A program made the translations under genes and the position numbers. From the NCBI GenBank assembly GCA_963700635.1, contig CAVOYH010000003.1, positions 576,001 to 640,000 of the forward strand: a DNA stretch of 64,000 bases. The letters are read 5' to 3'. Source of the stretch: an uncultured Bacteroidota bacterium (GTDB lineage Bacteria > Bacteroidota > Ignavibacteria > UBA10030 > UBA6906). Shown piece after piece: positions 38,562-46,719 of this stretch. Each line of letters opens with the position of its first letter. The first letter of the stretch is position 1. The notes under the pieces were generated by a model. That model was not told where the DNA came from and made no database searches. It saw only the letters and a program-made list of their open reading frames with translations.

Positions 38562-38694
38562 TCCGGGATAACACCCGGGAGAAAGCAGCCGATTGCAGCG
38601 ACGGAGTGAACCATGTACTTTTGTCCACCTGTCCTGCCACTGCTTGCTTCCGGGTGTTGCCCATTTTGGGAGTCTCCTCCCCGTTGGGTTTCCG

Positions 38695-39552
38695 CTACAC
38701 TCCACGGCCTGTCAGGCCAGGCAACGAGACGCGTTCGACATCCCACGCACCGTATTCATTTCTGCGGAACCGTATTCTCGCTTCTCCTGATCCGCCATGC
38801 AGCGTTCTGGTGCCCCCCTGTATCCCCGTCCAGGAGATGACACAATGTGCATGGGCATGATCTCCGTGTACCTCGCACGTCGTCATACCGAAACAATGCC
38901 CAGTGAATGTCATGATGCGTGAAAAGACCGTCTCAAAGCACTGCATCAGGGCCTGCGCAGCAAGGTTGCCGCCGATCGCGGAGGACGGGGCAAGGTGTGA
39001 ACACATCCGCCAGAGGGACGCCCGGTCACGCATAAAAAATGCCATAAGAAAATCCTCCATGGCGGATCGCACCTCGCCGGCTTCGTCCGGGTGACACTCG
39101 TCATACAAAAACGTGTGCAGCATCCCATCAATGCGGATGTCCTCCATCTTCTCGTTCAACAACTCCTCAGTGATAAACCGGTAGGCCTCGGCATCGGACA
39201 CCGGCCTTCCAAAATGAACCACGATGTTATGTGCAAGAAGATGTTCGAGCAGAAGTTCAAGTTCTGCTGAGAGGTCTTCCGGCGGGATCGAGGCGAGCGG
39301 TCTGACAGCCGGATGACCCGCAAACGCGCCTACTGTCGTTTCCCGGTGTGCAGAAAACTGCCGTTCAAATTCGGCGATATACTCCAGCCAATCCCCTTCG
39401 ACCTCCGGTGGCAACCGGATATCGCCTTGATAAATGCGGACATCATGCCGTTCCTCCAGAAGCTGCCTCTTTTGATCGTTCAGGGCACGCTGAATTCGCT
39501 CTTGGTTACCATCCATCGCCGGGTCCTGTGAGGGAAATGTCAGAGGCTGCAT
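38695..39552 (-). CDS. Hypothetical protein
   Basis: 285 aa acidic ORF with protein-like composition filling the gap; C-terminus may be NTF2/SnoaL-like. Confidence 0.65.
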   Translation of the reverse strand: MQPLTFPSQDPAMDGNQERIQRALNDQKRQLLEERHDVRIYQGDIRLPPEVEGDWLEYIAEFERQFSAHRETTVGAFAGHPAVRPLASIPPEDLSAELELLLEHLLAHNIVVHFGRPVSDAEAYRFITEELLNEKMEDIRIDGMLHTFLYDECHPDEAGEVRSAMEDFLMAFFMRDRASLWRMCSHLAPSSAIGGNLAAQALMQCFETVFSRIMTFTGHCFGMTTCEVHGDHAHAHCVISWTGIQGGTRTLHGGSGEARIRFRRNEYGAWDVERVSLPGLTGRGV

Positions 39553-39666
39553 AATCTCTTACAGGATTGTCCGCCGATTTCCGAACCAGCGACAGTTTTC
39601 GCGGATTTGGGAATGGAATTCAGGTTTTGCCCCTCAAATTATCAGATTTTTTGATGATTTCTGGGT

Positions 39667-39682
39667 TGGCATAAAATCTGCT
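39667..39682 (+). promoter_or_regulatory. sigma54 (-24/-12) promoter upstream of the sulfur-reductase operon
   Basis: TGGCATAAAATCTGCT: GG-N10-GC with exact spacing in an AT-rich region about 50 nt upstream of the first gene. Confidence 0.65.
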
Positions 39683-39730
39683 AATCATAGATATAGATTT
39701 TTCCGGCTATCGTCCCCCAGGAGAGCCAAA

Positions 39731-40192
39731 GTGGAGTTTACGGAGGTAACAATGACAGATGTCCATTATAGCATCGGTGAGGCGGCCGACTTACTCGGCG
39801 TTTCTGTCCCTACACTCAGGCTTTATGAGCGGGAAGGACTTGTGCTCCCCATCCGCAAATCATCACGCCACCGCCGCTATTCGGCGTCTGATCTCAATCG
39901 TATCCGGTGTTTGCGGGAGACCATCAATCAGAAAAAAGTCAGTATTGCCGGAATCAAACGGCTTTTCGCCCTCATCCCATGCTGGCGAATCCACAACTGT
40001 TCGATACAGGAACGTGAGGCCTGTCCGGCCTTTCTGGACGGGGGAACACCGTGCTGGTCCGTTCTCTCGAAACCCGGTTCATGCGGCACGGCTGACTGCC
40101 GGTTATGCCCGGTGTATAATCAAGTCGCTGATTGTAACACGCTCAAACGCACCATCATTAATCTTACGACTGTTTCGGACTCCACTCCATGA
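39731..40192 (+). CDS. MerR-family regulator with Cys-rich (two CW motif) C-terminal domain
   Basis: YSIGEAA.LLGVS..TLRLYEREGL, HRRYS..D; then CW....C.......CPA......CW........C....C..CPVY. Start may be ATG 39752. Confidence 0.88.
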   Translation: MEFTEVTMTDVHYSIGEAADLLGVSVPTLRLYEREGLVLPIRKSSRHRRYSASDLNRIRCLRETINQKKVSIAGIKRLFALIPCWRIHNCSIQEREACPAFLDGGTPCWSVLSKPGSCGTADCRLCPVYNQVADCNTLKRTIINLTTVSDSTP

Positions 40193-42390
40193 ATGCTCTT
40201 TCACGCAGAAAATTCCTGAAAATATCCGGTGCCGCCGCTGGCGTGGCCGCCGCCGGGACAGCCGCCATGCGGGCGGCGGGGACACTGACGTCACGCATAT
40301 CACCATCAGAAAAGGGACTCCGCACAGTACCGACTTTCTGTGACATTTGTTTTTGGAAATGCGGAACCATTGCCACGGTTCGAGACGGGGCCCTCTGGAA
40401 GGTGGAGGGAAATCCCCTTGACCCGCTCAGCCGCGGACGTTTGTGTCCCCGGGGTACCGGTGGCGTCGGCGCCCATTACGATCCTGATCGTCTGAAGGCG
40501 CCTCTTCTGCGTAAACGAAATCGCGGAGAAGAAGAGTGGGTGGAAGTAACCTGGGATGAGGCCTTTGAATTCATCGCGCAGAAAATGCAGGCCATCAAGG
40601 AGCGGCACGGGCCGGAAGCTGTTGCACTTTTTAGCCACGGCATCGGTGGAAATTTTTTGAAACATATGATCAAGGCGTACGGTAGTCCGAACATTACAGC
40701 ACCTTCATTCGCGCAATGCCGCGGACCACGTGATGTGGGATTCCGGTTGACTTTCGGCGAAGACGTCAGCTCGCCGGAACGCACCGACATCAGGAACGCA
40801 CGCTGTCTCGTCCTGCTCGGCAGTCATCTCGGCGAAAATATGCACAATACTCAGGTCCAGGAGTTTGCCGATGCAATAGGTGAAGGCTCGACGATCATTG
40901 TCGCTGATCCGCGGTTCTCCATCGCCGCCGGGAAAGCAAAGTTCTATCTGCCCGTCAAACCCGGCACCGATATGGCGCTTTTGCTGGCGTGGATGCATGT
41001 TATCGTATCCGAGCGTTTGTATGATCTCGACTATGTTGCACAACACGGATTTGGTTTTGAACAGTTTGCCGCCTCGCTTGCACCCTTTACCCCCGAGTGG
41101 GCATATCCCGAAACAGGAATTGAGCCCGCGCTGATCGTTACAACTGCGCGGGAAATGGCGGCACACAAGCCCGCAACACTTGTCCATCCGGGCCGCCACG
41201 TTACCTGGTATGGTGACGACGCCCAGCGCAGCCGCGCAATCGCACTGCTGAACGCACTGCTCGGAAGTTGGGGACGCAAGGGTGGGTTCTACACGCCGGT
41301 CAGCATGGACCTGCCTCCGTATCCGTACCCGGAGTATCCGTCCAGCCAGCGCGGAAAGGCAGACAATCCTGATCACCGGTATCCGTTCGCCCATGAGACG
41401 CTCACCACAGGTATTCGCGAAGCAACCATCACCGGAGAGCCCTATCCTATCAAGGGATGGTGGGTCTATGCCACAAACCTTCTGCACTCTCTTCCCAATG
41501 AAGCGGAGACCATCAAAGCAATTCAGAACCTTGATCTGATGGTGGTCGTTGATGTGATTCCCAGCGAAATCGCCGGGTGGGCCGATGTTGTCCTGCCGGA
41601 AACAACCTATCTTGAACGCCATGACGATCTGAACGTCGAATGGTTCCGCGAACCGTTCATCGCGCTTCGGCAACCTGTGGTCCCGGCTCCCCATGAACAG
41701 AAACCCAACTGGTGGATCGCAAAGCGGATGGCGGAGCATCTCGGGCTCGGCAGGTATTTCCCGTGGACTGATATTCAGGAGTACCTGCAGCACCGCCTTG
41801 CCGCCGGGGGATTTGACTACAAGAAGTTACAGCACGATGGTATCATCCTCGGTCCGAAGCAGCCGATCTATTTTGAGGAGGGGCTTGCGCCGGACTTTCC
41901 CACGCCCAGCGGAAAGATCGAATTCTACTCGGTCCAGCTGCAACAGGCCGGATTTGATCCGGTGCCGGTGTATCACAGACCCCCGGCTGGACCGCCGGGA
42001 TATTACCGGCTCCTGTACGGGCGGGCACCGGTACACTCGTTCAGCAGAACCCACTCCAACAGAATTCTGTCCGACATGATGAGCGAGAACGAAATCTGGG
42101 TGAACACACACACCGCACACCGGCATACACTCAGCAACGGCCAGTATGTGCGCCTCAAGAATCAGGACGGTGTTGTCAGTAACCGCATAAAGGTCAAAGT
42201 CACCGAACGTATCCGACCCGAATGTCTCTACATGGTCCACGGTTTTGGTCACAACAGCCGCATGCTCAAACATGCCTTCGGCAAAGGAGCGAGTGATGCC
42301 CAGCTCATCACACGCTACGTCATCGATCCGCTTATGGGTGGCACGGCAATGAACGTCAACTTTGTCACCTTTGAACCCGGGGAGGCATAA
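40189..42390 (+). CDS. psrA: Polysulfide/thiosulfate reductase-like molybdopterin catalytic subunit
   Basis: Tat signal SRRKFLK, CDICFWKC...CPRG Fe-S motif, Mo-ligand Cys in APSFAQCRGPR, TPSGKIEFYS, HGFGH. Confidence 0.85.
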   Translation: MNALSRRKFLKISGAAAGVAAAGTAAMRAAGTLTSRISPSEKGLRTVPTFCDICFWKCGTIATVRDGALWKVEGNPLDPLSRGRLCPRGTGGVGAHYDPDRLKAPLLRKRNRGEEEWVEVTWDEAFEFIAQKMQAIKERHGPEAVALFSHGIGGNFLKHMIKAYGSPNITAPSFAQCRGPRDVGFRLTFGEDVSSPERTDIRNARCLVLLGSHLGENMHNTQVQEFADAIGEGSTIIVADPRFSIAAGKAKFYLPVKPGTDMALLLAWMHVIVSERLYDLDYVAQHGFGFEQFAASLAPFTPEWAYPETGIEPALIVTTAREMAAHKPATLVHPGRHVTWYGDDAQRSRAIALLNALLGSWGRKGGFYTPVSMDLPPYPYPEYPSSQRGKADNPDHRYPFAHETLTTGIREATITGEPYPIKGWWVYATNLLHSLPNEAETIKAIQNLDLMVVVDVIPSEIAGWADVVLPETTYLERHDDLNVEWFREPFIALRQPVVPAPHEQKPNWWIAKRMAEHLGLGRYFPWTDIQEYLQHRLAAGGFDYKKLQHDGIILGPKQPIYFEEGLAPDFPTPSGKIEFYSVQLQQAGFDPVPVYHRPPAGPPGYYRLLYGRAPVHSFSRTHSNRILSDMMSENEIWVNTHTAHRHTLSNGQYVRLKNQDGVVSNRIKVKVTERIRPECLYMVHGFGHNSRMLKHAFGKGASDAQLITRYVIDPLMGGTAMNVNFVTFEPGEA

Positions 42391-42392
42391 GC

Positions 42393-42932
42393 ATGGCACG
42401 ATACGGCATGGTGATCGATACGGTACGGTGCGTGGGATGTATGGACTGCGTCGTGGCATGCAAAACGGAGAACGGCGTCCCAGAAGGATATGACCGGGAC
42501 TGGATTGCATACGACACAACCGGAGCGTTTCCGACACTCCACACGGAAATCCGGAGTGAACGCTGCAACCATTGTGACAACCCTCCGTGCGTCTATTGTT
42601 GTCCCTGCGCCGCCAGTCACATCCATGAACGGGGAGGCGTGGTGCTGGTGCACCACGACAAATGCAGCGGCTGCAAAGCATGTATTGCCGCATGCCCGTA
42701 TGACGCCCGGTTCATTCACCCCGAAGGTTACGCCGACAAATGTACGTTCTGCATCCATCGGGTGGAACGCGGACTTGACCCCGCATGTGTTGCCGTCTGC
42801 CCGACCCACTGTATGCATTTTGGTGATCTGGAAGACCCGAACAGCACCGTGAGCCGCCTGCTGACATCCCGTACGCATCACGCGCTCCTGACGGACGCCG
42901 GGACCAAACCGCAGGTGTGGTACCTGGATTAA
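42393..42932 (+). CDS. psrB: Four-cluster 4Fe-4S subunit
   Basis: CVGCMDCVVAC, CNHCDNPPCVYCCP, CSGCKACIAACPY, KCTFC...PACVAVCPT. Confidence 0.88.
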   Translation: MARYGMVIDTVRCVGCMDCVVACKTENGVPEGYDRDWIAYDTTGAFPTLHTEIRSERCNHCDNPPCVYCCPCAASHIHERGGVVLVHHDKCSGCKACIAACPYDARFIHPEGYADKCTFCIHRVERGLDPACVAVCPTHCMHFGDLEDPNSTVSRLLTSRTHHALLTDAGTKPQVWYLD

Positions 42933-42959
42933 CAAATATCAAAGGGATAAGGAAGAACC

Positions 42960-43910
42960 ATGCGTGAATTGGTGACAACACGGTCAAACCCGATGATCGA
43001 TCCTGCTCTGCATATCTGGGGATGGGAGATCTCCGTGTATCTGTTCCTCGGCGGATTGGTCGCAGGCATGATGATCATCTCGGGATATTTTCTTTTCAAG
43101 GGGCGTCAGAAGGAGATGACCTGCTCTTGTCTGACACTCCCCATGCTGAGTGTCGCCCTGCTGAGTCTGGGCATGCTGGCGCTCTTTCTCGACCTCGCAC
43201 ACCGCTGGTACTTCTGGAGAATGTACATGACGTTTCAACCGGCATCGCCGATGTCATGGGGTTCCTGGATTCTGCTTCTTGTGTATCCCGCTCTCCTGGC
43301 AAATGCTCTGATACGTCCGCCCGCATGGATCGCAACACGTATACCCTGGATCACAACACTCTCAAAACGCGTGCAGGCGCGCAGCGCAACGGTGAAGTTT
43401 ATCGGCATCATGAACATGCTGTTGGGGGGATTACTCGGTGTGTATACGGGAGTTCTCCTAAGTGCCTTCGGGGCCAGGCCGCTCTGGAACAGCTCCATTC
43501 TTGGCCTTCTCTTTCTCACATCCGGCCTCTCCTCCGCCGCAGCATTTGTTCACATCATCGCTTCGGACCCGTATGAGCGGAAACTTCTTGCCAAAGCAGA
43601 CAATGGTTTTCTGACATTGGAACTTGTTATCATCGTGATGTTTCTGATCGGTCTCGTCAGCAGTACCCGGGCGCACCTGGAAGCCGCGCTTCTCCTGCTC
43701 TCGGGTCCGTACGCCCCGATCTTCTGGGTCTTCGTGGTTGGCTTGGGCATCATCATCCCCCTCGTCATCCAGTCCCTGGCAGTTAACCACAAGATCGCCC
43801 ACACGCCGGTCGCCCCGCTCTTTGTTGTGCTCGGAGGATTGATACTCCGCTTTGTCATTGTCCAGGCCGGCCAGGTCAGTCACTGGACACGTACCGTTCT
43901 CACGAATTAA
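42960..43910 (+). CDS. psrC: NrfD/PsrC membrane anchor
   Basis: WGWEI.VYLFLGGL.AG, LDL, SPMSWGSW, YTGVLL....RPLWN; about 8 TM. Confidence 0.88.
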   Translation: MRELVTTRSNPMIDPALHIWGWEISVYLFLGGLVAGMMIISGYFLFKGRQKEMTCSCLTLPMLSVALLSLGMLALFLDLAHRWYFWRMYMTFQPASPMSWGSWILLLVYPALLANALIRPPAWIATRIPWITTLSKRVQARSATVKFIGIMNMLLGGLLGVYTGVLLSAFGARPLWNSSILGLLFLTSGLSSAAAFVHIIASDPYERKLLAKADNGFLTLELVIIVMFLIGLVSSTRAHLEAALLLLSGPYAPIFWVFVVGLGIIIPLVIQSLAVNHKIAHTPVAPLFVVLGGLILRFVIVQAGQVSHWTRTVLTN

Positions 43911-43922
43911 GGAGAGTTCTTT

Positions 43923-44504
43923 ATGCAGGCAGATGCACAATCATTGGCCGCAGATCCGGTTGACGCGGCCGCTCACCATACGATTCACCGCACACCGCAG
44001 CCGTACATGCATCCGTACCTTGCGGGGTTCGGGCTTGGACTTGTCCTCCTCGCGGCATTTGTGATCATGGGACGCGGGCTGGGCGCATCAGGTGCATTCA
44101 GTTCGCTCGTCGCCGTCGGAGCTGATCTTGTCGCAACGGAACACACCCGGGCCAATGAATTCTACGCCGAGTACCTCGGCGACGGATCCAGACACCCTTT
44201 AATGGACTGGCTGGTTTTTGAGGTGGCAGGAGTGTTTGTGGGCGGCTTCATATCAGGCATTCTGGCCGGACGCATCCGCAAAGGCATTGAACGAGGCCCG
44301 TCTGCCACAAAGGGGAAACGTCTGTTCTATGCGTTTATAGGCGGCGGTATCATGGGCATCGGATCCAAACTTGCCAGGGGGTGCACATCCGGGCAGGCCC
44401 TCACCGGGGGTGCATTGCTGAATGTCGGAAGTTGGGCCTTTATGCTCTGTGTATTTGCGGGCGCATATGCCACAGCCTATTTCGTAAGGAGACAGTGGCT
44501 ATGA
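43923..44504 (+). CDS. YeeE/YedE sulfur-compound transporter family protein
   Basis: PY.AG..LG, GLGASG, GG.IMG.G..LARGCTSG. Confidence 0.88.
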   Translation: MQADAQSLAADPVDAAAHHTIHRTPQPYMHPYLAGFGLGLVLLAAFVIMGRGLGASGAFSSLVAVGADLVATEHTRANEFYAEYLGDGSRHPLMDWLVFEVAGVFVGGFISGILAGRIRKGIERGPSATKGKRLFYAFIGGGIMGIGSKLARGCTSGQALTGGALLNVGSWAFMLCVFAGAYATAYFVRRQWL

Positions 44505-45106
44505 ACGCACCCTTGTATAAACTCGGCCTCTTCGGGGATAATGTAGGCCTTATCGTTGCGTTCGTTATCGGCATCGGTTTTGGGTTCTTTCTTGAACGCG
44601 CCGGCTTCGGCAGCGCGCGCAAACTCACGGCACAATTCTATCTGACCGACCTGAGTGTGTTCAAGGTGATGTTCTCCGCCATTGTCACCGCCATGCTGGG
44701 TGTCTTTTACCTCTCCTGGCTGGGCGTCGTGGATCTCACACTCGTGTACCTGACTCCGACATACCTGCTTCCTCAGATCATCGGCGGGCTTCTGCTGGGC
44801 GTCGGATTTGTTGTAGGTGGATATTGTCCCGGGACCTCATGCGTCGCCATCTCGACAGGTAAGCTGGACGGCGTGGTATTCCTTTTCGGCATCATCGCAG
44901 GAATCGTTGTGTTTGGTGAACTGTTCACGGTCGTGAAGGACTTTTACTACGCGATGCCCATGGGACAAATTACCATTCCCCAGATTCTGAACATCCCTTA
45001 CGGCATCGTGGTCTTTCTCATCTCGCTGATTGCCATCGCAGGATTCGCCGGAGCCACCTGGGTGGAAAAAATGATGGCGACCCGGAAGGGAGGCCAGCCA
45101 TCATGA
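44501..45106 (+). CDS. YeeE/YedE sulfur-compound transporter family protein
   Basis: G..FGFFLERAGF, GG.LLG.GF..GGYCPGT; ATGA overlap with the upstream gene. Confidence 0.88.
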   Translation: MNAPLYKLGLFGDNVGLIVAFVIGIGFGFFLERAGFGSARKLTAQFYLTDLSVFKVMFSAIVTAMLGVFYLSWLGVVDLTLVYLTPTYLLPQIIGGLLLGVGFVVGGYCPGTSCVAISTGKLDGVVFLFGIIAGIVVFGELFTVVKDFYYAMPMGQITIPQILNIPYGIVVFLISLIAIAGFAGATWVEKMMATRKGGQPS

Positions 45107-45762
45107 AAACTGTTTTTGCGCGGTTGAACGCGACACAAAAGGCAGGATTGTTGGTGATTCTCCTGGGTCTGATTGCGGTCTTCGCCGGCAGTCCCTATCA
45201 GGGAACACGGTATACGGTCGATGCGCAAGAGCTTGCCCGGATTGTGGATGGAACAACAGACCATGTCAGCCCCGAAGAACTCGCCGACTGGATTATTCAG
45301 GGCAAAGCAGATTACCGGTTGATTGATCTTAGATCAGAAAAAGAGTATCGTGAGTATCATATCCCGGGCGCTGAAAATGTTCCCCTCACCACGCTGCCGG
45401 ATCACGGACTCCAGAAAACAGAGAAGATCGTTCTCTATTCGGAAGGTGGTATTCACTCCGCGCAAGCATGGTTCCTGCTGAAAGCAAAGGGATTCCGGGG
45501 GGTCTACATGCTTATGAGTGGACTTGATGGATGGAAAGATAACGTCCTGTTCCCGAGACTTGCACCCGACCCGACACCCGCACAAACCGTGGCGTTTGGC
45601 AAGATGAAAGAGGTCAGCACGTTCTTCGGCGGTATGCCTCAGACCGGGACTCCTGACACGGCGCACGATCTCTCGCTGACCATGCCCAAACTGGAAATGC
45701 CCCAGTCAGTGCAGGTTGTTCCGGGAAGTGCAACGAAAAAAAAGAAAAAGGAAGGGTGCTGA
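45103..45762 (+). CDS. Membrane-anchored rhodanese-like protein with C-terminal KKKKKEGC tail
   Basis: LIDLR...EY...HIPGA, active-site loop LYSEGGIHS (Ser in place of Cys), L.SGLDGW; only Cys is the last residue. Confidence 0.85.
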   Translation: MKTVFARLNATQKAGLLVILLGLIAVFAGSPYQGTRYTVDAQELARIVDGTTDHVSPEELADWIIQGKADYRLIDLRSEKEYREYHIPGAENVPLTTLPDHGLQKTEKIVLYSEGGIHSAQAWFLLKAKGFRGVYMLMSGLDGWKDNVLFPRLAPDPTPAQTVAFGKMKEVSTFFGGMPQTGTPDTAHDLSLTMPKLEMPQSVQVVPGSATKKKKKEGC

Positions 45763-45768
45763 CCGCCA

Positions 45769-46110
45769 ATGAGCAAGCTTCCAAAACGTTTTACCGGGTT
45801 TCAAAAGGCCTATCCCGACGTGGCCTCTGCATACGAGCAGTTTGGATCAGCGGTCCATTCTGCCGGCCCGCTTAACAACCGCACCCGCGCCATTGTCAAG
45901 TGCGCGATTGCCATCGCTGCGGGTCTCGAGGGCGGTACACACGCCCAGGTTCGCAAAGCTCTTGAAGCGGGAATCTCTGTCGACGAATTGCGCCATGTGG
46001 CACTTCTGGCCATGCCGACGATTGGATTCCCCTCCGCCATGGCGGCCATGAGCTGGATTGATGACCTGGCAGGAACAAAAAAGCCGCGCAAGAGATCACG
46101 GCGCAGTTGA
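45769..46110 (+). CDS. Carboxymuconolactone decarboxylase (CMD/AhpD-like) family protein
   Basis: GPL..RTR.IV..AIA, KAL.AG.S.DEL.HV.LL...TIGFP; no CxxC. Confidence 0.85.
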   Translation: MSKLPKRFTGFQKAYPDVASAYEQFGSAVHSAGPLNNRTRAIVKCAIAIAAGLEGGTHAQVRKALEAGISVDELRHVALLAMPTIGFPSAMAAMSWIDDLAGTKKPRKRSRRS

Positions 46111-46715
46111 ACCGGAGCCTGTGTACTGTCAGCGGTGCAGTCCTTGCCGGAGGACAAAGCCGGCGGATAGGTCAGGACAAAGCATCGTTACTGTTTGGCG
46201 GTATCACCCTGCTTGAACGCTCCGTCCGCATACTGCAGTCGGTGGTGGCACCGGTGGTCGTGGCAGGCGGCCAACCTCATCGTTATTCGCTGCCCGGAAT
46301 TCCCTGCCTTGGGGATGCCATTGCTGATTGCGGCCCTCTCGGCGGCATCCTCGCTGCGCTGGAAGAGACCAGCGCTGATGCCGTTATCGTGCTTGCATGT
46401 GATCTTCCCTTTGTCACTCCCGGCCTCATCCGCTCCCTCAGTCTGCTCCCTTCAGCATCTCCCCTTGTCATCACTACCTCGGATGGCATTGTACAGCCCC
46501 TGTGTGGACGATATCCATCCTCTCTGAAGGCCACCCTGCGCCGGTTTCTCATGAGGGGTGATCGAAAGGTTCTGGACTTTGTTGAATCGCAGAAACTTCA
46601 GTATCTTGTCATAGCCGATACTCATCCACTCTATCAACCGCGTTTGCTCATGAACATCAACACCCGTGAGGATCTGATTCGTGCGGAGGCAGACGTGACG
46701 AACAGAGAGTTCTGA
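46107..46715 (+). CDS. mobA: Molybdenum cofactor guanylyltransferase
   Basis: VLAGGQSRRIGQDKA, GPLGGI, LACDLPF, QPLCG.Y, NINT.EDL. Confidence 0.92.
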   Translation: MNRSLCTVSGAVLAGGQSRRIGQDKASLLFGGITLLERSVRILQSVVAPVVVAGGQPHRYSLPGIPCLGDAIADCGPLGGILAALEETSADAVIVLACDLPFVTPGLIRSLSLLPSASPLVITTSDGIVQPLCGRYPSSLKATLRRFLMRGDRKVLDFVESQKLQYLVIADTHPLYQPRLLMNINTREDLIRAEADVTNREF

Positions 46716-46719
46716 TTGT

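Noticed and set aside
40705-42693. Minus-strand ORFs of 362 and 288 aa
   Set aside because: Antisense to psrA/psrB with no recognisable domains.
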